A stretch of 64,000 nt of DNA from Lama guanicoe (lineage: Eukaryota). Positions 13,312 through 26,770 of this stretch are shown piece after piece; the stretch's first letter is position 1, and each line of letters starts with the position of its first letter. Below the pieces are notes generated by a model. That model saw only the letters and a list, made by a program, of their open reading frames with translations, made no database searches and had not been told where the DNA came from. The stretch lies in NCBI GenBank assembly GCA_013239625.1, contig MU053911.1:362132-426131 (forward strand). Reading direction: 5' to 3'. A program made the translations under genes and the position numbers.

Positions 13312-14243
13312 CACTTTTGGTGGACTGTATGTTTCTACAAACTTGTCCATATCTTCCAGTTTGTTGCTATATAATTGCTCACAGTAATCTCGTAAGGCTT
13401 TTTGTGTTTCTGTTGTGTTGGTCATAACTTCACTTTCATTTCTTGTTTTGTTTATCTGTGTCCTCTCTCTTTTCTTCTTGGTGAGCCTGACAGGAGGGGG
13501 GTCAATTTTGTTCAAAAAACTAGCTCTTGGTTTGGTTAATTTTTTTCTATTGTTTTTCAATCTCTATTTTATTTACTTCCTCCCAGATATGTATTATTTC
13601 TTTCCTTCTGCTGAATTTAGGCTTTCTTTGTTCTTCTTTTTTGAATTCGTTTAGGTGGGGGTTCAGTTGTTTACCTGAGACGGTTCTTGTTTTTTGAGGA
13701 AGGCCTGCATTGCTGTAAACGTTCCTCTTAGGACTGCTTTTGCGGCATCCCGTAGATTTGGTGTGTTTGTGTTTTCACTGTCGTTTGTCTCCAAGTATTT
13801 TTTAATTTCTTCTTTGATTTAATTGTTGACCCACTGTTTTTTTAGCAGCATGTTGTTTTATCTCCATGCAGTTGTCTTCTTCTCATTTTTCTTTCCATGA
13901 TTGATTTCTAGTTTCATGCCACTGGGTCGGAAATGATGCTTGAAATGATTTCTATCATCTTAAATTTGTTGAGGCTTCTTTTGTGTCCGAGTACGTGGTC
14001 TATCCTAGAGAATATGTCATGTGCACTTGAAGAGATGTATGTTCTGTTTTTTGGGGATGTAAGGTCCTGAAAATATAAGCCAGGTCCAACTGTTCTATTG
14101 TGTCACTTAGTATCTCTGCTGCCTTATTGATTTTCTGTCTGGAAGGCCTGTCCAATGATGTTGGGGGGTGTTAAAGTCTCCTACTACTGCTGTATGCCAT
14201 CAATTTCTCCTTTATTTATGTCTGTTAGTGCTTGTTATACATA
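13312..14243 (-). mobile_element. L1 ORF2 N-terminal region (endonuclease / post-endonuclease), disabled
   Basis: Minus ORF NKIDPPPVRLTKKKRERTQINKTRNE...YCEQLYSNKLEDMDKF is canonical L1 ORF2. Confidence 0.93.
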
Positions 14244-15002
14244 TGGTTGTGAGATTATCATTGTAGTTCTGTCCACACTTCCCACCATGGACAGCACAGC
14301 TGAGACTGGAGCCCCAGCCTCATCCAGAAACAGCTTTTCGCTTGACTGTATATAAAAATAAGTGAATACGGATACACTTGGGCACATTGTATTTTGTGGA
14401 GAAAACATACACACAAAAATCATCCACATATGAAAACTAAAATAGTCCTTTAAAAATTATAAAAAGGACATTCTTGTCAAGTAAATCATCTTTCTATGTG
14501 AAGTTTACCTATTTCAAAAAAAGGGTTAAACATTGACATAACCTACGGAGTTGTTGATGTGGAAAATGTAAGCATTAGGTAATGAGAATTGTTAAAAATT
14601 AATTTCTTGAAATTTATGGTGTGATTTTATGGTGAGATAACAGGATCTGTAAATCTAATGACATCCAAACAGCATTAAGCGAGGACCAGGAGCCCAGTCG
14701 TGAATACGCACATGCTTACTATTCTCTGGCAATCATCGGTTGCTAACTGTCTGGCCCCAGTGACTAGGGTTGGTTATAAATCTGCAGCTAAAATTCTGTC
14801 CGTTTCTGCCAAGGAACTGTATGTGGCACATAACAAAACGTTGATGTTAGTAATTAGTATAATTTTTATCAATATAATAAATATAATACTTGCCATGTCC
14901 CCAGAGTGCAAGATATTAGTTGATTCTACGTACAAACTCAAAATGACATATATTTGTGTGGCATAACTTGAAAGGAGGGCTAAAAGTAGCTTTTTTTTTA
15001 AA

Positions 15003-15240
15003 CTATATTATTTTATTTATTTATTTTTGTAATTGAAGTATAGCGAGTTCAAATGTGTCAGTCTCTGGTGTACAGCATGTTTCAGTCACACATATACATA
15101 CATATATTCGTTTTCATGTTCTTTTTCACTGTAGGTTACTGCAAGACTTCAAATATAGTTCACTGTACTATATAGAAGAAATTTGTTTTTATCTATTTTA
15201 TATACAGTAGTTAATATTTGCAATTCCCAGTTTATTCCTC
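15003..15240 (-). mobile_element. L1 3' UTR fragment
   Basis: (TTTA)n tail then aattgaagtatag...gtgtacagcatg...cccagtttattcc. Confidence 0.88.
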
Positions 15241-17289
15241 ATAGCTCTTATTTATTCACACACACTGGATGTGCAATTACTGTTAATGTTTTCACTTTCT
15301 TGATCTGATGGGGAAAACTGACATTATGGTCAATTGACTAAAGGGTATTGTTTTGTCAACATTCATCAATTTCAAGAAAATTTAGAGTCAGTAACTATGT
15401 CTTTCATACAAAGATTCATATACCTAAAACAAGTGCTCTGAATTACATAGGATATATGAACACTATATTCCTTTTGCTGTTTGTTTACCCAGGATAATTT
15501 TCCTTAACTTTAAATTTGCAAGGTTGAACATTATACTCAGCTATGGATATCTCCATATTATCTTGAATTTCCTTCAAGGCTTGATATTATCAATGAAAAC
15601 TTAGGGGAGTCTGATGACCAGTTAAAATAGGAAGCCAAGATATTTATTTTGAAGACAGGGGAGCATAGAACTTTGTAAACTTGCTTCTCAAGAAGCAAAA
15701 TTATTAACAGTATTTTCATCCTTTCCAATTCTCCAGTTCTTAAGTGCAGCTGTTGAAATTTTTTTTTTGTCTCAGAAAACTATAGGAATAATTAAATTAA
15801 ACTTATTTAAATATAAAATAACCAGTTTCACAGTGGCCCCAAATTTTCATCATAAATACTAATTACCGTTCAGCTAATTTAATATATTTCTAAGCTTCAG
15901 TTATACTTTCTGAGCTTCAAATATTTTCCATATGCCTACTTTATGCTAGGGCATAGTATGTCTTTTGATAAACGCTTGTTCTGAGCATGTACACATTGGC
16001 AATTGGTTCTGTATTTTGTGCTCTGTGCCTGTTGCAAAAAAACCTTGATTATCCTGCTTCGAGCCAGACACGGTTCAATGAATGCCAAAGGCAAATGACT
16101 ATAGAATTTTAAAATAGTAGGATTTTTAGGATTATAATATTTAGGTTTCATTTATTTTCTCCATCGATTTCCATTAGGAAACTGGTAATGGGAATGACAG
16201 AATTCAGGCGTTAAAGAAATCAAATTAACACCCTGCTGATTGCAATAAAGAACTAAGAAGTAATCCAATATCTACACCTAGATAAAGAAGTTCACATCAA
16301 TTAAAGTGGCATTATATATAAAACCAAAGGTCGGTTCTACTGAACACATTTGGCCTATTAACTCACATTAGAAAGCTGTGGTTGCCTAAGTAGTATTGCT
16401 CTGGACTTGTAAAGGCCTCCAAAGCCAGTTAAGGCGACAGGAAAAAGGGGGAAAAGAGCAACCTAGCAATTTTCAGCAAGGAGCACAGTCATCAGAAAGC
16501 TGGGGCCGCCTTTACCCCATCACAAGTTAAACCAATTTGATTTATAACAATGAAAGCACTTCTGCTGTACTTGAGTTACAGCCTGTCCGTTTGTAAACAT
16601 CCATACAACAGATGCCAGGCAGGTGACAAGCAGCAGAATAAAGCGTTAATGCCAAGCAAGGGAAATCCTGCCCTTCGGTGAAATTCTATCAGCTTATTCA
16701 ATTAAGCAGTCGAAGGTAGGGTAAGTGTGAAAACTATAAGCAGATGCATTCAATAAGTGAGGTGAGAAAAACCATATCCAGGAGGCTGTGTTCAGTAACC
16801 TTTATTTCAGATATCCTTGGAACGCTGTGATTTGGCTTTGTAGTGTCTGTTCAGGGAGCTTTACTCACATAGATGCTGTGCATTACAGTCTTTGACAAAA
16901 CATCAGCTGGAAATCTTATGAATGTACCTGAAAGGAAGAGTTGAGCCTTCCCATTTCCATTCATAAACCATTAGAAATTAAAACTGCCTTCTGCAAATTG
17001 TATGGCTTGTTAATGTGAAGGGAAACGAACTCGGCACAGTAGCTGGACTTAGTTCCATTCCGTCTATAGATTCAGTAACATACGCTTGTCCAGCCAAAAT
17101 AATTTTTAGAATCTCCACACACGTTACACGTAATTCCTCCTGCTTCTATTTTCAAGCAAAGAGAAAAATTAATTATTTTACATGGTATAACTGTGAGTAA
17201 ATACTTTCCAAAATTAGTAAGGAAGTGCAGAGTGAATGAATCAAGCTTGATTACGTGAAATAGTGGACAAAATCCAACTCAAAAAAATT

Positions 17290-17397
17290 AACACCTCTTG
17301 GACTCCACTTAATTAAAAAATGGGACAATAATCCCACCTGATGTCTCACAAGGCTGATTCAGGGTTTGAGGAAAATCTTCCTACAATGCTTTGAGAA
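17290..17397 (+). mobile_element. MIR SINE remnant
   Basis: acctcttggactc...aaaatgggacaataatcccacc...tcacaaggctg resembles the MIR core. Confidence 0.55.
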
Positions 17398-18229
17398 TTA
17401 GAAAACTTCATTCTATAAAATTTGATTTGAAACAATACCAGTTTACTGGAGGTGAGTTAAGTAGCATACAGAGCCCGCTGACATAGGCAGTACGCGTCAT
17501 CTAAGTCAACAAAGAGGAAATGGTTTCAACTTGACGAGGTCACAGAAGCCGTTCTGTTTGGCCAGAGATTCTCTCTGGTTCTGGTCCATCCACACGTTAG
17601 TTAATCACGGATTGAACGCACTTATTTTTCTGAAAGGGAGAAATCTCCAGTCAAAAGGCTATTCTCAGAAGTAAAGACATGGCCAAGAGTTTGGCTTCAA
17701 CACATTGTGTGAAGAGCAAAATGAAACAAGACTATTGAATCGTTTTTGCAGCAGAGTTATGGTACCCAGAATTTGGAAGAGAATGGAGGATAGGTTTTCT
17801 AGTTTAAGTCTCTATCATATGTATAAATTACCCCTTTAAAGTTGAAGAGTATACAGTTTGTGTAATTCAGGTGTCAATGATAACCTACGTGTGACTGCAT
17901 TTCACAGCAGTATAAGCCATATGAGTTTAACACAGGGGGATAATCAGATAAATAACTGATCAACACTGGTACGAAAAGCAAACAAAGCTGATAGATGTTG
18001 GAAAGGAGAGAGTCAATGACACATTGTTTCTGGCAAGGGTCCTTGGTTAAATGATCCATAAAGAGCATCCAAGAGAAACTGTACATTTTATAGAAGAGTG
18101 GGGAGTGGAGATAGTGGAGAAAGATGAACTCTGCTCAAAACAGTATGACTAAGAATAAAGTACCTCCCACCCAAGATGAGTGTGCAAAAAAATTACAAAA
18201 CATGTGAGGAAAGTTAACTGTGTGAGATA

Positions 18230-18880
18230 ATAAAATACTAGTATACACAAGCATTCTGAAGTTGAATTCACCGTAGAAAATATTAAAAATATGGCAATCT
18301 GTATTTGACTTTAAAATGAATATGTTAAGAATTCTCAGTGGAATTTTTAAAAAGAATACATCCTGTGAAAAAGAGCAGGAGATTCTGAAATAATAACACA
18401 CAAAAAGAATGACATACCGATGGATATAAATATATACATAATTTAGAAATGAAAATTATATTCTAAAAAGAAGCATAAATAGAAGAAGAAATATAATGAG
18501 AGAGAGAATTAGTAAACTCAATGATAATAATAAGGAATTTATCCAGATAAAGAGATTGAAAAATCAAAAGTTCAGATCAGACGGCCTCTAATACGTTTGA
18601 TAGAAGCTCCAGAAGGAGGACAGAAAGTGTGAGGGAGAAGCGCATTTACAGAGAAGATGCGCTCACTCAGTGAGTGGTTACTGAGGGGCCACTTGGTAAG
18701 TCCCTATTATAACCATCAGGACTGTTTCAGCAAGAAAAAACTGGCAATTCCTGCACTACTTTTATATTTGACATTATGCCTCAGCATTTTCAAAACTGAA
18801 GAAATACCTGAGGACTCTCAAAGTACAAAATAAGTGCTGAGCAGAAAAAGTAAAAATGAATCCACACTCAGACACACCGA
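18230..18880 (+). mobile_element. Ancient L1 ORF1-region remnant
   Basis: A-rich degenerate ORF1 motifs (gagagagaattagtaaactc; gaagctccagaaggag; aaatgaatccacactcagacac). Confidence 0.55.
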
Positions 18881-21800
18881 TGACATTTTTATTGTTTATT
18901 AAAAAAGTCCCTTAATATTGTTTAATTTGCAGTAAGAGGACTCATATCTTCCCCTTTATTATCTTTTCCACTAGGTTTTCTTTCACTTCTCTTTATTATT
19001 CTAGCTTGAGATTATTTCTTTAAGAGAAAATTTTAAAGTATGATAATTTGTTAATTTTATCTATTTTTCCGTTTTCTAAATCACCATTTTTGTTTTTTCT
19101 TTATTAATTTCTTTCCCTGAGGTATGTTTTCTGACCTTTTATTTACTTCTTGGGATGAATAATTAACTTATTATTCTGTTTTATTAAAAGATTTTGGCAG
19201 CCCTGAAATTCCCATGTTGTAAGGTTTGGCACTGCTGCGCCAGTGTTCAGGGAGGTGTGTGTGTGTTTCTCATTATCCAATTTCTTAATCCTATAAAGTT
19301 TTGAAACCTTTTTAAGCTTTTCCAAATGGCAAATTACAAGTTGTTTATTAAATTCTGGTTTTATTTCCTTACAGTAATTTTTGTCTTTGAAATGAATTGA
19401 AAAAACTGAAGTATAATTATATTTTTTTGGATTTTAAAACAGAAGTGTATTTACAGTTAGAAGGTACAGAATTAGGTTTTTTTTTTATCAAAACAATAAT
19501 TATTTAGGCCCTCTATAATTTAACAATCTCCTTCTTTATCCACAAAATCTGTTAAAAATCAGAAATACTAATTTTGTCCTTTTCACAAATTTTAATTTTT
19601 ATGTTTAAAGAGAGACATTTAATAAAACCCATTTTTAAATTATAAGTTGTACATTTACTCAATTAAAACTTTCTTCTTTTTTTAATATACTCACAATCAC
19701 AGCTACCTGCTTATTATTCTAATTTAATATTTTCTGCATGTGCTGAGGGAGTCTCATTTACAACATAACATATAAAATATTTTAACAACCTAAGAGTCAT
19801 GGTTTTTAATTGTAGAGTCTTTTGGTTTTTCACATTTTCTTCAAGATGCCTTGTCTATTTTTGTCATATTACACTTCCTCTCATTTTCTGTTTTTGTTGC
19901 CTGATTTTAATGAAGATATTACTTAATTATTTAACACTTTAAGTTAAATTTTATAAAATAAAATAAATTTTTTAATCAATGCCAACAAAAACATGAAATA
20001 TACAAGATTACCCTACACAAGATTACAAATCAAGTCAACTGCTACCTCTTCCCAACATTTTATGTGCTATAGTTGACTTTGTATTGTCTTTGAGTTCACA
20101 CTCAGTTTTTCATTCTTAAATTATAATATATTTATTATATATAAACTCCCTCCACTAATATTTTTTTTGATATATCCCAAATTCACTGTTCAAAAAGCAT
20201 TACCTGGTAGCAAGCAGGATTATTGCTCTGAGTGCATGACTACAGTCCTCATCTTTGTAAGGCCTCGGTTGTGTACTTTTTAGGAAACAATTTCAACATA
20301 TCATCACTAGAATTAACTAAAATTAGGAAATTACTTCTGAACTTGAGAAAGTTATAACTGAACATTTGTGAGGGAATATAAATAATAGCTAAACTTTTCT
20401 GTCTGCCAGGCAGTGTGTTAAACACTTTGCATGAATGTGATCACTTCAAAAATATATACAGAAAAACAAGTTCAAAAGCAGTAAGAAATACAAAGGAAGT
20501 ATTTCCTTTACATATATATGATTTCCATTCATTCTACAGTGTAGATTTTTACCCCTGTCAGACCTCCTTTAAATTCAGGCATTTTATTAAATGTTCTGAA
20601 TTTTTTTTACGTTGATTTAGAGTTTTTATTTATTAATAGTACTTTTGTATTCATGTAAATCTTCTAAAAGAAAATTTTAATATAATAAGAAGTTTAAAAG
20701 TTATTCTTTCTGTATTTGAAATTTTGAATCCTTAAAGCATTATAAAATGCCTTACGGAAGATATACTGTATATGGAGAAATTAAAATCTTGTTTAATCAA
20801 GCTTATCTCGTTTTTGTTTCTTTTTATGTTTTTTTTTAATTAAGACACCCTTACATGCAAAGCAAATGGAGATATTCTCTTACTGAAGTTTTTGATCTGT
20901 AGTCAAGTTTGTAACATAAGGGAGATTCAAATGGCAGATTCAGTGTCAAATATGAGGGGGTTTTGTGGATCAGTCTTATTTTTATTCAACCACAAACCAC
21001 CGCACACCTGCCAAAACAGAAGCTAAAAAGGCAGATGGAGGAAAAAATGTTCTAGACCAAGGTGTAGATGCCAGGTCTGTTACAGGATTTACCACGCCCC
21101 CCCAGGCCCCATCATCCTCCCACACAGGGATTTCAACAAATGTGGCTTAGTCCTTCAGGAAACTGGCTCTAATACCCAATTTATTGCTGTTATTTTCTTC
21201 TTTGTAAAATACAGAGCAAACCTAAAAACAGAATACCCTCCTCTACATTTTTTTTTGGAAGTTAAAAAAAGGGGCTTTGTAATTTTTAATAAAAAGATCT
21301 GGGAAGCAAGCTGAAACTAACATATTTGTTCATTTCTGAGATTTACAACCTTTATAAAGAAAGCCAGAAGAGGGCCTGAACTAACTTCTGTTGTGTAGTG
21401 TGCAATAGAAGCCATGAGCCACATCCATATTAAGAGGAAAACAGCAAAAAAAAAAAAAAAAGATTTAGCAAATAAACAAAAAAAATCTATGGTATTTAAT
21501 TTATCTAAATAGTTATTAAATTCTGAATACTAGGTGATTGCTTTCATATTATTTTTTTCAGTAGAGAAATTAAATATAATTCAATAGATTTTTAATTTAA
21601 TGAGACTTTTTGATATGTTAGTTTTGAAAACATGATTTACATTAGGTGTAATAATTTCAAATATAATGATGAAAATCAAGAAAAACTGATTTTCTTTCAA
21701 TTCTGTCAATAATTTCTTTCTCACAATAATTAAAATTAATTGTATTACTAGGGCTGTAGGTTAACAAATTCTCTCAGTTTTAGTGTGAGGTTAGGACATG

Positions 21801-22099
21801 ATTATCTATTCTGTGTAATAGAACAGTTAGCTATTTTATGTGATATATGTCCGACTACTTTTAGAAAGATTTAATCATGTACTTTAAACATTGAACATTT
21901 GTTTTTATTTATTGATATCAAACTTTAAGGATATAATTTTTACAATTATGTATTTACTGTTTTCTGGTAACAGTTACAGTTGTATTCAGTAAGTACTACA
22001 ACAGAGTACATTACATTGTAGCCCAAGAGTTTAAAAAGGAGGCAAAAATGGTCTCAGCCTTTTAATCAGACATGCAATCTTCATACAAATGAGAGCAAT

Positions 22100-22706
22100 T
22101 TACTGGGACCTTGAAGAATGAATATAAATGGACATAGAGTAAATAAAAAATGATCAAAGCAGATAGAGCAGGAAGAAGTAACAGTAGCGTTGTATGAAAG
22201 AGTGCACGTCTTTTAAGGAACATAGCCAGTTCTGTGCGTGGGCCATGTCGGCCTGTGAATGAAGTGGCAGATTACTGAGAATGACCCTGGACATCATCAG
22301 TGAGTTTGTATTTTACTTTCAGACTATAGGAAATAAGTAGATAGTTTTCCCTAGAGTGCTATGCATATACTTCTGCATTTGAGATAGACATTTTGGGGAT
22401 CCATTTAGGAAAAAAGAAGCGAAAGGACCAGTCAAGACCATTCCAGTAATGCAGGCATGATGTTCTGAGTGTCTGAATGAACACAGCAGCAGCGACACGG
22501 AAGACAAACAGCAGACTAGAAAAATGATTCAAGGTGGAACAATAATTCAGTGATCTGATTTAGAAAGAAGAGTCAGGGGATATTCCCAGCTTCCCTGGTG
22601 ACTTGCTTGATAGTGTCAGTAGCTGAGATGAGCACTGCCGTAAAAGGAATAGGCTTATTTGCCAACATGAAAAGCTTGCTTATGAACATGTCAAATTTGA
22701 GGTGCA
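22100..22706 (-). mobile_element. LINE-2 remnant
   Basis: Purine-rich degenerate L2 ending in gaacatgtcaaatttgaggtgc (L2 motif ggacatgttgagtttgaggtgc). Confidence 0.55.
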
Positions 22707-22879
22707 GGTAGTGAAGGCAGGTGGCAATGGTGGGAAACCCTGATAGTGACTGATACTAAGTTACACAAGGAGAAGATTTAGGGAATGAGCAGGAAGTTGT
22801 GCCTGTTGCCCTAAAGAATTCAGAGGTGTGGTTTTCTAGGCTACCAGGGTACCCTTGGGGGGGTGGTACCATGTCACAT

Positions 22880-23255
22880 TCTGCAGATGAGACAATTTTT
22901 ATGGTGATGTGCTGCCTCTAAATCATTATGCTAACCAGACTCAGCAAACTTCCATTGGTCCCGCCACCTACTCATCCAAGCCACCAAAATCCAGGAGACA
23001 AAGTTCTACATCACCACCTTCAGAAACAGCCACAGATGTGCTTTTGAAGGTACTGAAGCCCCTCTAACCCATCTGTTTCTTAAGGCCTTAATAAAGGAAT
23101 TACATTCTAGAGCCATGTTATCAACACGGACAATGGGTGGATGAGAAGATCAAACATGATAAATTCAGTCCAATATTTCTATTGTCTCCAGATTTTGGGT
23201 GCCCTTCTCCACATTATACCAAGTTAATCTGAGAGCTCAGTTTCACTTAGAGCAT
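22880..23255 (-). mobile_element. ERVL/MaLR internal (gag-like) remnant
   Basis: Minus strand ~23030-23098 reads SFIKALRNRWVRGASVPSK, similar to the ERVL gag motif PFTKALRNxLVRGAPASLK. Also contains gaatttatc (EFI) motif. Confidence 0.65.
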
Positions 23256-23276
23256 GCCACTAATCATCATATTCAT

Positions 23277-23577
23277 AAGGTCTTTGCAGATGTAATTAAT
23301 GTACAACTTAGATGAGGTCATGCTGGAGTAGGGTGGGCCATAATCCAGTGTAACTGGCATCTTCATAAGAAAAGAAGAGACATAGACACACGGTGGTGGG
23401 GAGAAGGGCATGTGAGGACGAAAGCACAGATCAGATTATGTATCTACAAGTCAGGGAATGCCGAGGATTGCCAACAGTCCCTAGACACTAGAACAGGCAA
23501 AGAAGGACTTTCCCCCAGAGAGACAAAGGCCCTGGGCTGTTGGCACCTTGATTTCAGACTTCCGGCTGCCAGATCCA
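23277..23577 (+). mobile_element. MLT1 (MaLR) LTR fragment
   Basis: ggtctttgcagatgtaattaa...agatgaggtcatgctggagtagggtggg...caccttgatttcagacttcc are hallmark MLT1B/C motifs. Confidence 0.88.
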
Positions 23578-23874
23578 TCAAAGAGGTGACAAGGTAACTT
23601 GTTATCCAGAGCAACTGTGTAAGACAATATTATTTACACATTAAACTTATGTTTTAGAAAAATGATTTCTTGACACAGATAGACAATAGCATAGAGATAT
23701 AACTAAACCATCCTAAAGTGCATTTTAAAAGACAATATGCCAAAATATCGTTGGTGGTAACTTTGGATGATGGAGTCATTGCTAAGCTTTTTAATTTTCT
23801 CTACTTTTCTTAACTCTGGGGATACTTTTCTAAATACATTTATAGCACTATTTATGTTTTAAAAATGTCAAGTG

Positions 23875-24077
23875 ATTGCAAATACTAACACCTATATATA
23901 ATATAGATTAAAAAAACAGATTTCTTCTGTAGAGCACAGGGAATTATATTCAATACCTTGTAGTAATCTATAGTGAAAAAGAGTATGAAAACAAATATAT
24001 GTATATATACGTATGACTGACACATGATGCTTTATACCAGATATTGACACACTGCAACTGACTATACTTCAATTTTT
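23875..24077 (+). mobile_element. L1 3' UTR fragment
   Basis: agcacagggaattatattcaat...tgactatacttcaatt. Degenerate TSD aaaaatgtcaagtg / aaaaagccaagtg. Confidence 0.88.
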
Positions 24078-25734
24078 AAAAAGCCAAGTGAAATCTAGAA
24101 ATTGGAAAAAAATCATATTGCAAAAGGGGACAGTGAATAAATTTGGAGCCCTATTTAGTTTAGAATCAATAAACTAAAAAAGCAAAACAGCAACATCAAC
24201 AAATATCCCACTCACTTAACGATAAAAGACAAATGCAGGCGGAGAAAGCATTGAATGATGAAGTGTTGTAGTCACAGAAATGGGGGGAAATGCCATTTCT
24301 TGACTTAAGGTTGCCCTAATTTAATTTAAGACTAGTTTGTCTTAGCTGTAAGGTATAAGTTTGCCTAAATGAAGTACTGATTTGCTACCTAGAATTTACT
24401 CTATGACAAAACACAAAGAAGGTTATCTACATGAAGATTAAATGATTTTTGTGTAAATTGTGAAGATAATAAATCTTTCCATGAAATTGTGGATAAAGAG
24501 CTCCAGGCCCAGTTGGTGGTTCATTACTGTAATGACCTCCTGCTCTCTGCACACCCCGTCTCTCCACTTGGAGTTGGCAGTTGCGTCCCTTCAAGGATTG
24601 AGTCTTACAGTGAAGCTTCTGTACATCTTTGCTCTGCTGGCTAGTAGGTCACTCTCCTTTTGGAATGAGGAGGCAGCTGGAAGGGAGTTGTCCCAAGGGA
24701 AAGGGAAAATTTTCAAATCTGAGCTGGCCGAGCATTAGTGTGAACCAGAGTGGGCTGCAGACACAGTCTGACTGCAGGTGAACAGAAGCAGATCGACCAG
24801 CCCTTCTGTCAGACCTGTCCCAGCAGGTGCCACGCACAGGCAGTCCTGTCCTGTGCCAACTGAGGGGATGGAAAGGGGGCTTCTCTGCACATTTTCCCTT
24901 CCGCTTCCACCTCTGGGTTTCTAGTAATGTACTGGAATTGATCTGGATCTATATTATCAAACCACAGTGGTTATGTGTAAACAGGTTTTTCTTTCATGCA
25001 CAATGTGCTGGCTTTGTATTCCCAGCCCAATAATGTCTAAAGATGCACTTAAATTGACAGAAAATGCAGTTAATCATCATCTGACCACATGCCTACTGCA
25101 AGAAAAACATGGAAGTAATTGAGAGAGGAGATCCTGCAGATATAGAAAGTGTCAAGTACTTGAGTTTAAGATTTATTAATCCAATGGCAGTATGAGAAGC
25201 AGGGCAAGCATGGGTCAGTGCTTCAATCAGAAATCTTACAGAAACAAGTAAGTTTCCAAGTCACTCGGAGAAAGACCTCACACGGCCAGCTAATGCGCGG
25301 CCTCAGACCACCTCGGGGTGCCGCCTTCTCGACAGTGGTGGTGCCAGAACCTAGCTCTGAGGTGCTGTGATGATTTAATGAGCCAGCAAATGAACTGACG
25401 CAGAAGAGTTCTAGTATATGTTCAGAGTTACTGGTGGTTATTCCTTTGGGAAAACAGCAGTCTTTTGTCCCCGGATCATGCCCAGTGGTTCTCCCCAAAG
25501 CGACCCCTGGGATCTGCTAACTGCTGTGGCTTTTTCTCTCAATTCTACACGATACTATACTAAACAGCTGTTTCTTGATTTAGCGACTTTCTTTTTTCCT
25601 TCCCTATATGAGAAGGGTGTGGACCACCTCACTAAATCATCTCCCAAACCTCTCTTCGCTGTTTACTGCACTTGTTACTTTGTAACTTTAAGTAACACAA
25701 ATCTCACTGTATCTGTTCCAAGTATATATCATTG

Positions 25735-25852
25735 TGAGACAGGAGGGAATGGGGCAGGGCGCAACTGTATCTCTCTAAACAGACTAGCTTTCACTTTACT
25801 GTGCCTCGATCTTGAATTCCTTCCTGCAGGAGACAAGAACCTATTTTCAACC
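25735..25852 (+). mobile_element. Miniature (internally deleted) ERV1 LTR related to the 740-3656 LTR
   Basis: Start tgagacaggagggaatggggcagggc matches the reverse complement of 3631-3656. The remainder aligns to the reverse complement of ~824-900. Flanked by attg/attg. Confidence 0.75.
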
Positions 25853-26020
25853 ATTGCTTCCTGCTTTGTAAAAGGAGGGTGCCACTGACTCTGTTCTACT
25901 TGGTTGTCTCCACGCAGTCCACTTCCCCAATTCAGTCATTTGTGCCTTTTGTTTCTTTCAGAGTTTGTTAAAGAAGGTCAAATTGATCATCACTTGTGAT
26001 AATATTGCAAAGTACTTTTT

Positions 26021-26242
26021 AAAAAATTGAAACATAGTTAGTTTACAATGTCACATCAGTTTCTGGCGTACAGCATAATAGTTCAGTCACGGTCACACAT
26101 ATACTCATTGTCATGTTCTTTTTCGTTATAGGTCACTACAAGGTACTGAATATAGTTCCCTGTGCCGCACAGAAGAAACTTGTTTATCTGTTTTGTATAC
26201 GGTAGTTAGTATCTGCAAATCTCAAACTCCCAGTTTATCCCT
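26021..26242 (-). mobile_element. L1 3' UTR fragment
   Basis: aattgaaacatagttagtttacaatg...ctcaaactcccagtttatccc. Confidence 0.88.
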
Positions 26243-26627
26243 ACTGTTTTTCTTACAATCCCCACAACCACCAGCAACTCTGCTGGCTCCTCGGCACCAG
26301 CACCTGCCTGATCCAAGCCAGAACCTCAGCCGGAGTTACAGCTGGACCCAAAGATCAATCTCAACAGTCTTGTCACCCAATCTTTTCTTTTCAGAACGGT
26401 CAGATGGATGAATCTCTGGTACGTTTTCTGCATCATAGAAGCAGGTCTCTGAAACAATGCTCAGCTTCTTGCCCGATACCAGAAATTGGCAAATGTCTGC
26501 AGATTAAAAAATGTGCACAATGATAATCAGTTCACTTTTCTTCAGCTCTTTTTCCCCTGACTCTCAAATCCTGGCTGCCTCTGGAATAAGACTTCCACAG
26601 TGTCCACAGTATCTGGAATTCCACTGA

Positions 26628-26770
26628 TGGGGCCAACTGTGCATTTGTGGGGCCCATCGAAAAATGAAAATGAGAAACTGTACCAGCAGAGCTTAAACTG
26701 AGTGCAGAGGCCTCCCAAGAGTGGGGTCCCATGTAACATCATAGGTCGCACACCCTTGCTCCTGGCCTGG
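26628..26770 (-). mobile_element. MER45A-like hAT-Tip100 MITE
   Basis: atttgtggggcccatcgaaaaatgaaaatg...cagcagagcttaaac...aggtcgcacaccc...ggcctgg matches reverse-complemented MER45A motifs. Confidence 0.7.

Noticed and set aside
16592..16602. tgtaaacatcc, identical to the 5' end of miR-30 family members
   Set aside because: The match stops after 11 nt and I see no complementary 3p arm; likely chance or a forkhead motif.
25418..25888. 156-aa ORF
   Set aside because: Runs through the miniature LTR; no recognisable protein similarity.
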